Shown here: positions 56,331 to 64,000 of the stretch, in pieces | Position numbering within the stretch: position 1 is the stretch's first letter | Layout of the letters: each line of letters begins with the position of its first letter | Assembly: GCA_017396395.1 (NCBI GenBank) | Contig: JAFQMF010000013.1 | Location: 41,161 to 105,160 of the forward strand | Length of the DNA stretch: 64,000 nt | Direction: 5' to 3' | Source of the DNA: Clostridia bacterium | GTDB taxonomy: Bacteria > Bacillota > Clostridia > RUG12999 | Notes under the pieces: generated by a model | The model's database searches: none | Told to the model about the DNA's origin: nothing | What the model saw: the letters and a program-made list of their open reading frames with translations, nothing else | Position numbers and translations under genes: made by a program

Positions 56331-57683
56331 TTAAACTACACCCTGAGCCTTCATAGCTTCTGCAACCTTAATAAAGCCTGCAATATTAGCACCTGCTACA
56401 AGGTCGTCTCCAAGACCGTATTCGTTAGCTGCCTTAACTGAAGATTCAAAAATATTCTTCATAATGCTCTTAAGTTTCTGGTCAACTTCTTCAGCAGACC
56501 AGCTGTAACGCATTGAGTTCTGAGACATTTCAAGACCAGAAACAGAAACACCGCCTGCGTTAACTGCCTTAGAAGGAGCTATGATAACGCCCTGCTCTTT
56601 AAGATAAGCAAGAGCTTCGTTTGTTGTAGGCATATTAGATACTTCAACATAGTATTTAACGCCGTTTGCAACAATCTGTTCAGCTTCTTTCATACCAACT
56701 TCGTTCTGGGTTGCACATGGCATAATAATATCAACCTTTGTTCCCCAAGGTTTCTGACCTGCATAGAAAGGAACACCGAACTTATCTGCATAATCCTGAA
56801 CTCTGTTTCTGCAGGATGCACGCATTTCAAGCAAGAAGTTAATCTTTTCTTCTGTGTTGACACCTGCTTCATCATAAATATATCCGTCAGGACCTGAAAT
56901 TGTAACAACCTTACCGCCAAGCTCTGTAATTTTCTTAGCTGTACCCCATGCAACATTACCAAAGCCTGAAAGTGCAACTGTTTTGCCTTTAATATCATCT
57001 CCAAAATAGTTAAGCATTTCTACTAAATAGTAAACTGCACCGAAACCTGTAGCCTCAGGACGGATAAGAGAACCACCATAAGGAATACCTTTGCCTGTAA
57101 GTACACCTGTAAACTCATTTCTGAGCCTTTTATACTGACCAAATAAGTAACCAATTTCTCTTGCACCAACACCGATATCCCCTGCAGGAACGTCAAGGTC
57201 AGCACCGATATGTCTGGAAAGCTCTGTCATAAAGCTCTGGCAAAATCTCATTACTTCTGCGTCGGATTTTCCCTGAGGGTCAAAGTCAGAACCACCTTTA
57301 CCGCCACCCATAGGAAGTGTGGTAAGGCTGTTTTTAAATGTCTGTTCAAAGCCAAGGAATTTGATAATACCGGAATATACATTGGGAGCAAATCTAAGAC
57401 CTCCCTTGTAAGGACCGATAGCTGAGTTAAACTGAACTCTGAAACCTCTGTTTACCTGTACTTTACCGTTATCATCCACCCAAGGAACACGGAAAGTAAT
57501 CTGTCTTTCAGGCTCTACCATTCTGTCAATAACCCCTGCCTCTACAAGGTCAGGTCTCTGTTCAACAACAGGCTCAATAGATTCAAGAACTTCTGTTACA
57601 GTCTGAATAAATTCAGGTTCTCCTGCGTTTCTCTTCTTAACTGTTTCTATAAGATTAAGAAGATATTCATTTTTTAATGCCAT
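56331..57683 (-). CDS. gdhA: NADP-specific glutamate dehydrogenase
   Basis: Glu/Leu/Phe/Val dehydrogenase motifs KGGLRFAP and GxGNVA; ~450 aa. Confidence 0.95.
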   Translation of the reverse strand: MALKNEYLLNLIETVKKRNAGEPEFIQTVTEVLESIEPVVEQRPDLVEAGVIDRMVEPERQITFRVPWVDDNGKVQVNRGFRVQFNSAIGPYKGGLRFAPNVYSGIIKFLGFEQTFKNSLTTLPMGGGKGGSDFDPQGKSDAEVMRFCQSFMTELSRHIGADLDVPAGDIGVGAREIGYLFGQYKRLRNEFTGVLTGKGIPYGGSLIRPEATGFGAVYYLVEMLNYFGDDIKGKTVALSGFGNVAWGTAKKITELGGKVVTISGPDGYIYDEAGVNTEEKINFLLEMRASCRNRVQDYADKFGVPFYAGQKPWGTKVDIIMPCATQNEVGMKEAEQIVANGVKYYVEVSNMPTTNEALAYLKEQGVIIAPSKAVNAGGVSVSGLEMSQNSMRYSWSAEEVDQKLKSIMKNIFESSVKAANEYGLGDDLVAGANIAGFIKVAEAMKAQGVV

Positions 57684-57730
57684 AATATTTACCTCCGTCT
57701 ATTTTATTTTCAAATAAATTATATGTTAAC

Positions 57731-57759
57731 ATTATACTGCAAAACCATCATTCTTGCAA
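57731..57759 (-). promoter_or_regulatory. sigma-A type promoter of gdhA (TTGCAA-17-TATAAT on minus strand)
   Basis: minus-strand reading CTTGCAAGAATGATGGTTTTGCAGTATAATG. Confidence 0.5.
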
Positions 57760-57923
57760 GTTTTTTATTACAATTTCTCCATTATGCACACAAGAAAGGA
57801 CATGATATTACCTTTTTTTATCAATTAAATTGAAAAAAATGTCATTTTTTCCTTTTACTTTATTTATAAAAGTTACATTATTTGCAAATACTTGTTACAA
57901 AAAACAAAAAAGGATTTGATAAT

Positions 57924-58364
57924 ATGAATGATGAACAATACAGCAAAATTGTAAATAATTATGCTCCTTCCTCTCCTCTTTTTACAGATATGCTTAAAGC
58001 GTTTTTTGCAGGGGGGATTTTGTGCCTGTTAGGGGAATTTTTCAGAAGTTTTCTGATTTCTGCGGATTTTTCCGTTACCACAGCCTCTACATGGGTTTCT
58101 ATAATGGTAATTATTATAGCTCAAATACTGTCAGGGTTTGGAATATATGAAAAAGCTGCAAAGTATGCAGGTGCGGGTTTTAGTGTGCCTATTTCAGGCT
58201 TTGCAAACTCTGTTGTTTCCCCTGCTATTGAATATCACACAGAAGGACTTATTCTTGGACTTGGTGCAAAGCTGTTTACAATTGCAGGTCCAGTAATTGT
58301 ATATGGAATTACTTCCTCTGTGGCGGCAGGAATAATTTATTATATAGGAGGGCTATTAAAATGA
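57924..58364 (+). CDS. spoVAC: stage V sporulation protein AC
   Basis: SpoVAC/SpoVAEB family membrane protein; 4-bp overlap with the following spoVAD. Confidence 0.88.
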   Translation: MNDEQYSKIVNNYAPSSPLFTDMLKAFFAGGILCLLGEFFRSFLISADFSVTTASTWVSIMVIIIAQILSGFGIYEKAAKYAGAGFSVPISGFANSVVSPAIEYHTEGLILGLGAKLFTIAGPVIVYGITSSVAAGIIYYIGGLLK

Positions 58365-59380
58365 CAAAAAAAACAGGTAAGCAAACAATAATTTTTAATA
58401 ATCCGCCTCATATTCTCTCCTATGTGGCGGTAGGCGGTAAGGAGGAGGCAAAAGGACCTCTGGGCAAGCATTTTGATACCATTTTCCCTGATCCCTACTT
58501 AGGCGAAGCAAGCTGGGAAAAAGCCGAGTGTAAGCTTCAATATTCTGCAGTAAAAACCTTGCTTGAAAAATCAAACTATCTGCCACAGGACATTGACATT
58601 ATGTTCGGAGGTGATCTTATAAACCAATGTACAAGCTCATATTTCGCTGCACGTGATTTACAGATTCCTCTGTATGGAATATACGGAGCCTGCTCCACTA
58701 TGGCTGAAGCTCTTCATTTAGGCTGTATGGCAATAGAGGGAGATTTTGCAGAAAATATTATTGCTGTTACCTCAAGTCACTTCTGTTCCTCTGAAAAACA
58801 GTTTCGGTTTCCTCTTGAATACGGCGGTCAGCGACCTCCTACTTCCCAGTGGACTGTAACAGCCTCAGGAGCAGTTCTTGTTACTAAAGAAACGGGTGAT
58901 ATTATAATTGATAAAATTACCACAGGGAAAATTGTTGATAAGGGTATTACGGATGCCAATAATATGGGGGCGGCGATGGCCCCTGCAGCGGCAGATACAA
59001 TTAAAACTCATTTTGAGGATACCAAACTCGACTACGATTATTACGATTTAATCGTTACAGGGGATTTAGGAAAGCTGGGAAAAACCCTTCTTGACAGACT
59101 TTTAAAAGAAGAAGGGATAGATTTATCAGAGCGTCTTGACGACTGCGGTTGTATGATTTATAACATTGACAAGCAGGACAAACACTGCGGAGGAAGCGGT
59201 TGTGGTTGCAGTGCTTCTGTGCTTGCCTCGTATATTCTCCCAATGGTAAAGGAAGAAAAATTCAAAAAGGTGCTTTTTGTACCCACAGGAGCGTTAATGA
59301 GTCCCCTTACCTGCAAGCAGGGCGAAAGCATTGCAGGAGTGGCTCACGCAGTCAGTATAACAAAAAGGGAGGAAAATTAA
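58361..59380 (+). CDS. spoVAD: stage V sporulation protein AD (thiolase-like fold)
   Basis: SpoVAD pattern LGGKEEAKGPLGKHFD...YGIYGACST; ~339 aa. Confidence 0.9.
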   Translation: MTKKTGKQTIIFNNPPHILSYVAVGGKEEAKGPLGKHFDTIFPDPYLGEASWEKAECKLQYSAVKTLLEKSNYLPQDIDIMFGGDLINQCTSSYFAARDLQIPLYGIYGACSTMAEALHLGCMAIEGDFAENIIAVTSSHFCSSEKQFRFPLEYGGQRPPTSQWTVTASGAVLVTKETGDIIIDKITTGKIVDKGITDANNMGAAMAPAAADTIKTHFEDTKLDYDYYDLIVTGDLGKLGKTLLDRLLKEEGIDLSERLDDCGCMIYNIDKQDKHCGGSGCGCSASVLASYILPMVKEEKFKKVLFVPTGALMSPLTCKQGESIAGVAHAVSITKREEN

Positions 59381-59381
59381 T

Positions 59382-59735
59382 ATGAATTATTTATGGGCGT
59401 TTATTGTAGGCGGACTGCTTTGTGCTATCGGTCAGCTACTGATAGATAAAACAAAGCTTACTCCTGCCAGAATTTTAGTTTTTTATGTAATTTCAGGAGT
59501 ATTTTTAACTGTTATTGGCGTATATGCACCTCTTGTAAAGCTGGCAGGGGCAGGAGCAACTCTTCCGCTTACAGGCTTTGGTTATGCCCTTGCAAACGGA
59601 GTTAAAAAAGCAGTGGAAGCTGATGGATTTTTAGGAATATTTACAGGGGGACTTACTGCTACTGCAGGAGGAATTACCGTTGCTGTAGTCTTTGGTTTTA
59701 TAATTGCTCTTATTTTCCGACCTCGTGAAAAATAG
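59382..59735 (+). CDS. spoVAE: stage V sporulation protein AE (SpoVAEB-type)
   Basis: 117-aa membrane protein homologous to SpoVAC, directly following spoVAD. Confidence 0.85.
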   Translation: MNYLWAFIVGGLLCAIGQLLIDKTKLTPARILVFYVISGVFLTVIGVYAPLVKLAGAGATLPLTGFGYALANGVKKAVEADGFLGIFTGGLTATAGGITVAVVFGFIIALIFRPREK

Positions 59736-59793
59736 TTGACTTTTAGCATAAATTTGTGCTATAATCGTAAAAAAATTATAAAGGACAAAATGT

Positions 59794-60612
59794 ATGTTTT
59801 ACGATTTTCATAATCACACAAATTATTCCCACGACAGCAAAAGTGATATAAATGATTTATGTAGAAGTGCAATAAGCAAAAATATTTCGGGAATACTTAT
59901 CTCTGACCATTACAATGGTCTGGACTGCAACACCAGAAATTTTAAAGAAATTATAACAAATTCTATTACTGCCGCTAAAAAAGCTAAACGGGATTTTCAA
60001 AATTCACTTGATGTTTTTACGGGAGTGGAAATTGCGGAATACTTTTTAAACACTTCTTTAACAGATGAAATACTACATTTAACACAGTATGATGCTGTTA
60101 TCGGGTCTGTTCACGCAATAAATTTTGAAGGTGCTCAGCAGGATTATTATTCTCATCCTGATTTTTCCCTGTGGGAAGAAAAGCTGATTCTAGCTCATCT
60201 TAATGCATATTTTGACAATTTGCTGATAGTTTCGGAGAAATGCGATTTTGATATACTTGCTCATCTTGACTGTCCCCTCAGATATATAAACGGAAAATAT
60301 AACAGAAAAATCAGTCTTGAACCTTTTTTTGATAAAATAGAAAAAATTTTAAAGGTAATAATTTCAAGGGAAAAATCACTTGAAATAAATACCTCGGGAA
60401 TAAATACTCCTTTTGACTCCTTTATGCCTCAAGCCCAAATACTGAAAATGTATCTTTCCCTTGGGGGAACTCTTATTACGGCAGGCTCGGACAGCCACTG
60501 TCCTGAGGGTGTAGGTAACGGCTTTGACAGACTTTCTTCCCTTCTTTCATCACTTGGCGTTTCACAGTGTTGCAGATATGAAAAACGAAAACCTATAATT
60601 TATAATTATTAA
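59794..60612 (+). CDS. PHP-family histidinol-phosphatase (HisK/HisJ-like)
   Basis: MFYDFHNHTNYSHDS PHP-domain metal-binding N-terminus and downstream His/Asp ligands. Confidence 0.78.
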   Translation: MFYDFHNHTNYSHDSKSDINDLCRSAISKNISGILISDHYNGLDCNTRNFKEIITNSITAAKKAKRDFQNSLDVFTGVEIAEYFLNTSLTDEILHLTQYDAVIGSVHAINFEGAQQDYYSHPDFSLWEEKLILAHLNAYFDNLLIVSEKCDFDILAHLDCPLRYINGKYNRKISLEPFFDKIEKILKVIISREKSLEINTSGINTPFDSFMPQAQILKMYLSLGGTLITAGSDSHCPEGVGNGFDRLSSLLSSLGVSQCCRYEKRKPIIYNY

Positions 60613-60697
60613 AAAACAGCTGAAGGAATTTATGAAGTGAACCTCAATAAGTCAGACACTTTTTGAGGCACATATCATTTCTCCTTCAGCCCTTTTT

Positions 60698-62218
60698 TTA
60701 CTTTTTAGGTATAAGAAGCATCATACCTTCTTTAATATTATCTCCGTCAATTTTATTAATCTGCTCAATATCTGAGATTTTACTGTGGTATCTTTTTGCA
60801 ATATTCCAGATATCGTCACCCTTTTGCACAAAATAAAGTACCACAACCGGAATATCCTTTTCCTCTTCTTCCGTTGCGGAAATATCTGTTACAACAGATA
60901 CTTTTTCCTCTTTTTCTGTCATAGTTATAAGGTTAATATTTCCCCGAAGTTCAATATTTCTTCCGCTGATTGAACAGTCGGCTTTTTCTCCTTCAACGCT
61001 TTTTACCATAACCTTACAGCCTTCCTCAACACTCTCTCCTGATATATTGGAAAAAGGAATTTCAAAAACGGCGGTTTGTACTCCCGAATCTTCTTTATCC
61101 GAAATATATGTAAGTGTACAGATAGCTGAGCCTTCTGTTTTAATATTCCCCTTTTCTGCCTTGCAGGAATTTATATGAGGCTTCATAGAAAGCTTATATA
61201 TTTTGGATATTTCCGGCATATCATCAGCTAAAGTTACAATTTCTCTTATTTCCACCTTTGAGCTGTAGGGCATACCTTTGTTTTTAAGAGAAATATTTCC
61301 TGTGGTGGGAGTAATACAGCATTTTGTTCCGTAAATATCACAAGGAGCAGTAAAGCTAACCTTTTCACCTGCGGTAATCTGAATTTTAATATTAACATCA
61401 AATTTAACTTCTCTGCCCTTTTCTGTATCAGCAATACTGCCGGAGGTATTTCCCACAAAAAACTTGATGTCATAGCTCATTTTTTCATTTATGCCATCTG
61501 CTGATTGTATTTCTGTAAAAGGAATTACTGTCTTTTCACATAATGGTCTGTCCTCGCTGTCAGAAAATAAAGCAAAAACTGTTATTTCCCCTTTTGCTAC
61601 AACCTTATTGGAGATTACTTTAATATCCCGAGAGGTTATTTCCGCATCTAATTTTAAAAGAGTTTCACCCCCTGAAGGCACCGGCATACTATTTGATATA
61701 TTGAAAAAACCCTGTGTAAATACAGTTGTATTTTCACCTTGCATAGTCTTTTCTCGTGTTTGTACATCCTCACCCTTTACTTCGCTTACATACTGAATTT
61801 CTCTTTTGCCTGCAAGAGAAAAATCCGACTCTGTAATAGCTTTAAGACTGATTTTTCTGCTGTTTAAAAGCTGAATCTCCATATGAGTAACCTCGCTTTG
61901 GGAGCTTACCATCATACCTTCCTTTGCATCTTTAACATTTTCACTGCAGGTAAAGGGCATTTCTCCGCTGATGCTTTTTACTCCCTTTGCATTATCCGGC
62001 ACATATAAAAGGTTATATACCACCTTTCCACGCACCGATACTTTTCCTGAAGTTACCGTTACTCCTTCGGTAATTGCTCTGCCTTCAGCCTGAAGTACTT
62101 TTAACGCATCAGGCATACTGTCCGGAACAATAATATCTGTCTGACACACGCTCTGACAGCTTCCTTCATAAACAGCTTCGTTAATTACAATGCTTGATTT
62201 CTTTATTTCGGGTAACAT
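60698..62218 (-). CDS. SipL-like spore morphogenetic protein (DUF3794/SPOCS repeats plus C-terminal LysM)
   Basis: C-terminal LysM YFVQKGDDIWNIAKRYHSKISDIEQINKIDGDNIKEGMMLLIP; N-terminal region with repeated beta-rich DUF3794-like segments. Confidence 0.65.
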   Translation of the reverse strand: MLPEIKKSSIVINEAVYEGSCQSVCQTDIIVPDSMPDALKVLQAEGRAITEGVTVTSGKVSVRGKVVYNLLYVPDNAKGVKSISGEMPFTCSENVKDAKEGMMVSSQSEVTHMEIQLLNSRKISLKAITESDFSLAGKREIQYVSEVKGEDVQTREKTMQGENTTVFTQGFFNISNSMPVPSGGETLLKLDAEITSRDIKVISNKVVAKGEITVFALFSDSEDRPLCEKTVIPFTEIQSADGINEKMSYDIKFFVGNTSGSIADTEKGREVKFDVNIKIQITAGEKVSFTAPCDIYGTKCCITPTTGNISLKNKGMPYSSKVEIREIVTLADDMPEISKIYKLSMKPHINSCKAEKGNIKTEGSAICTLTYISDKEDSGVQTAVFEIPFSNISGESVEEGCKVMVKSVEGEKADCSISGRNIELRGNINLITMTEKEEKVSVVTDISATEEEEKDIPVVVLYFVQKGDDIWNIAKRYHSKISDIEQINKIDGDNIKEGMMLLIPKK

Positions 62219-62256
62219 ATTCTATTCGCTCCTTATTCATTCTTTATAACAAATTA

Positions 62257-64000
62257 TTATGCTTTTGCTTTAACTTTTATACCTTTTCTGAAATATCTGC
62301 GTTTTGGAGATATAATAAAGTTTACTATCCCTTCAACTAACGAAAGCATAAATATAAAGGGTATAATTTCTTTTGATGGGGGCAGTACGGAAAAGATTTT
62401 TGCTACTGCAGGGATATATAAAACTCCCAGCATCAGCAAAAAAGAAAGGACTATTGCACCTGTTAAATACTTATTTTCAAACAGTGGTACTTTTTTTGTC
62501 CCCTCGCTTCGACATTCTAAGGCAAATATAAGCTCTGCTGTTATCATAACAATAAAACAAGCCGTTCTTGCAATCTGGATGCTGTTAAACACTCTCATAC
62601 CCAGTACAAAAGCTAACAAAGAGGCACATCCGATAATAAGCCCAGAAAAAATAATATTCCCCCCAAGCCCACCTGAAAACAGACTTTCTCTGGGATTTCT
62701 GGGTGGTTTTTGCATAATATCTTTTTCCCCTTTGCACATACCAAGTGCCAGAGAGGGAAGTCCATCTGTTACCAGGTTTACCCACAAAATCTGAATTGGT
62801 AAAAGGGGTACAGGCAGTCCCATAAAGGCGGCACACCCCATAAGCAAAATTTCACCTGAGTTACAGGCAAGAAGATATCGGATAAATTTACGGATATTGT
62901 TATAAATTGTTCTTCCTTCTTCTACCGCTGAAACTATAGTTGCAAAGTTATCATCTGTTAAAATAAGGTTGGCTGCCTCCTTTGCAACATCTGTACCATT
63001 TTTACCCATAGCTATTCCAATATCTGCTTCTTTTAAGGCAGGGGCATCATTTACCCCGTCCCCTGTCATAGCCACAATATTTCCCATATTTTTAAGAGCT
63101 TTTACAATTCTCAACTTGTGGGCTGGCGTTACTCTTGCATATACCGATATATCACAGGCACGCTTTTCAAGCTCTCTGTCAGATAACCCTTCCAGCTCCT
63201 CTCCGCTGATAACTCCTCCAGGTTTTATCTCCATTCCTACCATTTTTGCCACCTGAGAAGCCGTTGCCATATGGTCGCCTGTTATCATTACTATTTTTAT
63301 TCCCGCTTTTTTGCATTTTTTTACCGCCTCTATTGCTTCTTTTCTGGGAGGGTCCATAAGTCCCATTAGCCCTGCAAATATCAGGTTGTTTTCGTCTGAC
63401 TCCTGAAAATTATCACCATTAAAGGGTTTATATGCAAAAGCAATAACTCTTAGTGCCTGTGCTCCCATTTCCATACATTTATCATATACCTTTTCACGAT
63501 AGGAGGGGGTTATATCCCTTATCAAATCACCGTCAAACCATTTGTTGCATTTTGAAAGTATTTTGTCCCACGCACCTTTTACTGCCACTATCTGACCCTC
63601 AGAGGTGTCATACAAAACGCTCATCATCTTTCTGTCAGAATTAAAGGAAATTTCTTTTTTTCTTACACAGTTTGAAATGTCTGTTCTTCGGATTTTCCCC
63701 ACACTGAATATTGCTCTTTCCGTGGCTGTTCCCACTTTATCTGTAGTATCCTTCTCCAGACACATTTTTCCTATTTTACTAAGAAGTTCAAATTCCTTTC
63801 CTTCCTGGTTTGGATTATCCGTCTGTCTATTTCCTGCATAAAAGCTTACTGCTGTCATTTTATTCTGAGTAATTGTTCCCGTTTTATCACTACAAATAAC
63901 GGTAGTACATCCTAAAGTTTCTACTGCAGGAAGCTTTTTTACAAGAGCATTTTGTTTAAGCATCCTTCGCACTCCTATAGCAAGGCAAAGGGTTACTGTA
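62257..64000 (-). CDS. P2-type cation-transporting ATPase (Ca2+/Mg2+-type), 5' end beyond window
   Basis: DKTGTLTQNKMT phosphorylation site, TGDHMATA, GDGVNDAPALKEADIGIAMG, C-terminal TM bundle; ORF open to the window edge. Confidence 0.85.
   Translation of the reverse strand, partial: TVTLCLAIGVRRMLKQNALVKKLPAVETLGCTTVICSDKTGTITQNKMTAVSFYAGNRQTDNPNQEGKEFELLSKIGKMCLEKDTTDKVGTATERAIFSVGKIRRTDISNCVRKKEISFNSDRKMMSVLYDTSEGQIVAVKGAWDKILSKCNKWFDGDLIRDITPSYREKVYDKCMEMGAQALRVIAFAYKPFNGDNFQESDENNLIFAGLMGLMDPPRKEAIEAVKKCKKAGIKIVMITGDHMATASQVAKMVGMEIKPGGVISGEELEGLSDRELEKRACDISVYARVTPAHKLRIVKALKNMGNIVAMTGDGVNDAPALKEADIGIAMGKNGTDVAKEAANLILTDDNFATIVSAVEEGRTIYNNIRKFIRYLLACNSGEILLMGCAAFMGLPVPLLPIQILWVNLVTDGLPSLALGMCKGEKDIMQKPPRNPRESLFSGGLGGNIIFSGLIIGCASLLAFVLGMRVFNSIQIARTACFIVMITAELIFALECRSEGTKKVPLFENKYLTGAIVLSFLLMLGVLYIPAVAKIFSVLPPSKEIIPFIFMLSLVEGIVNFIISPKRRYFRKGIKVKAKA

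Noticed and set aside
55840-56334. 164-aa ORF on the plus strand spanning the tRNA-Thr/tRNA-Tyr genes and the palindromic repeat
   Set aside because: It overlaps two confidently folded tRNAs and a terminator, and its translation is low-complexity. It is an artefact of an ORF caller that ignores RNA genes.

Overview
This 64-kb window is chromosomal DNA from a low-GC, spore-forming Firmicute of the class Clostridia. The calls below rest on reading conserved protein motifs from the supplied ORF translations and on searching the DNA by eye for RNA genes and signals. Gene density is high, and coding regions lie on both strands. Recognisable blocks are thrS preceded by a Thr-specific T-box leader, a Zn/Cd-type P1B ATPase with an ArsR-family regulator, a cwlD-like amidase, leuA, serC-serA-secG, and rex next to aconitase. 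Further on come mtnN, purC with a stand-alone GMP-synthase ATP-pyrophosphatase gene, and a Clostridium-style dcw cluster (mraZ-rsmH-ftsL-PBP-murE-mraY-spoVE/ftsW-murG-murA-divIB-ylxW-sbp-ftsZ). The window ends with comFC, a lysine-riboswitch-controlled dapA-dapB-lysA operon, a tRNA-Thr/tRNA-Tyr pair, a tRNA-Arg(CCU), gdhA, spoVAC-AD-AE, a PHP histidinol phosphatase, a SipL-like LysM/DUF3794 protein and a truncated P2-type ATPase. No CRISPR array, IS element, integrase or prophage is evident. The findings most worth a second look are: (1) two copies, in opposite orientation, of a ~200-bp quasi-palindromic intergenic repeat built from phased GCGATATA/TATATCGC motifs around a conserved GTTGC-N-GCAAC core, each sitting just downstream of an intrinsic terminator; (2) a small cysteine-rich CGCDxxPSCGCD-repeat protein resembling the CotY/CotZ spore-coat family; (3) a secreted protein combining a cohesin-like domain, Flg_new-like repeats and three tandem ~100-aa repeats; (4) a leaderless two-repeat DUF11 protein plus a small partner gene between the lysine riboswitch operon and the tRNAs; (5) an E2 acyltransferase catalytic-domain protein with the catalytic His replaced; (6) MraZ-type GTGGA repeat operators at the dcw promoter; (7) an unusual palindromic operator in the aconitase/antiporter divergent region.
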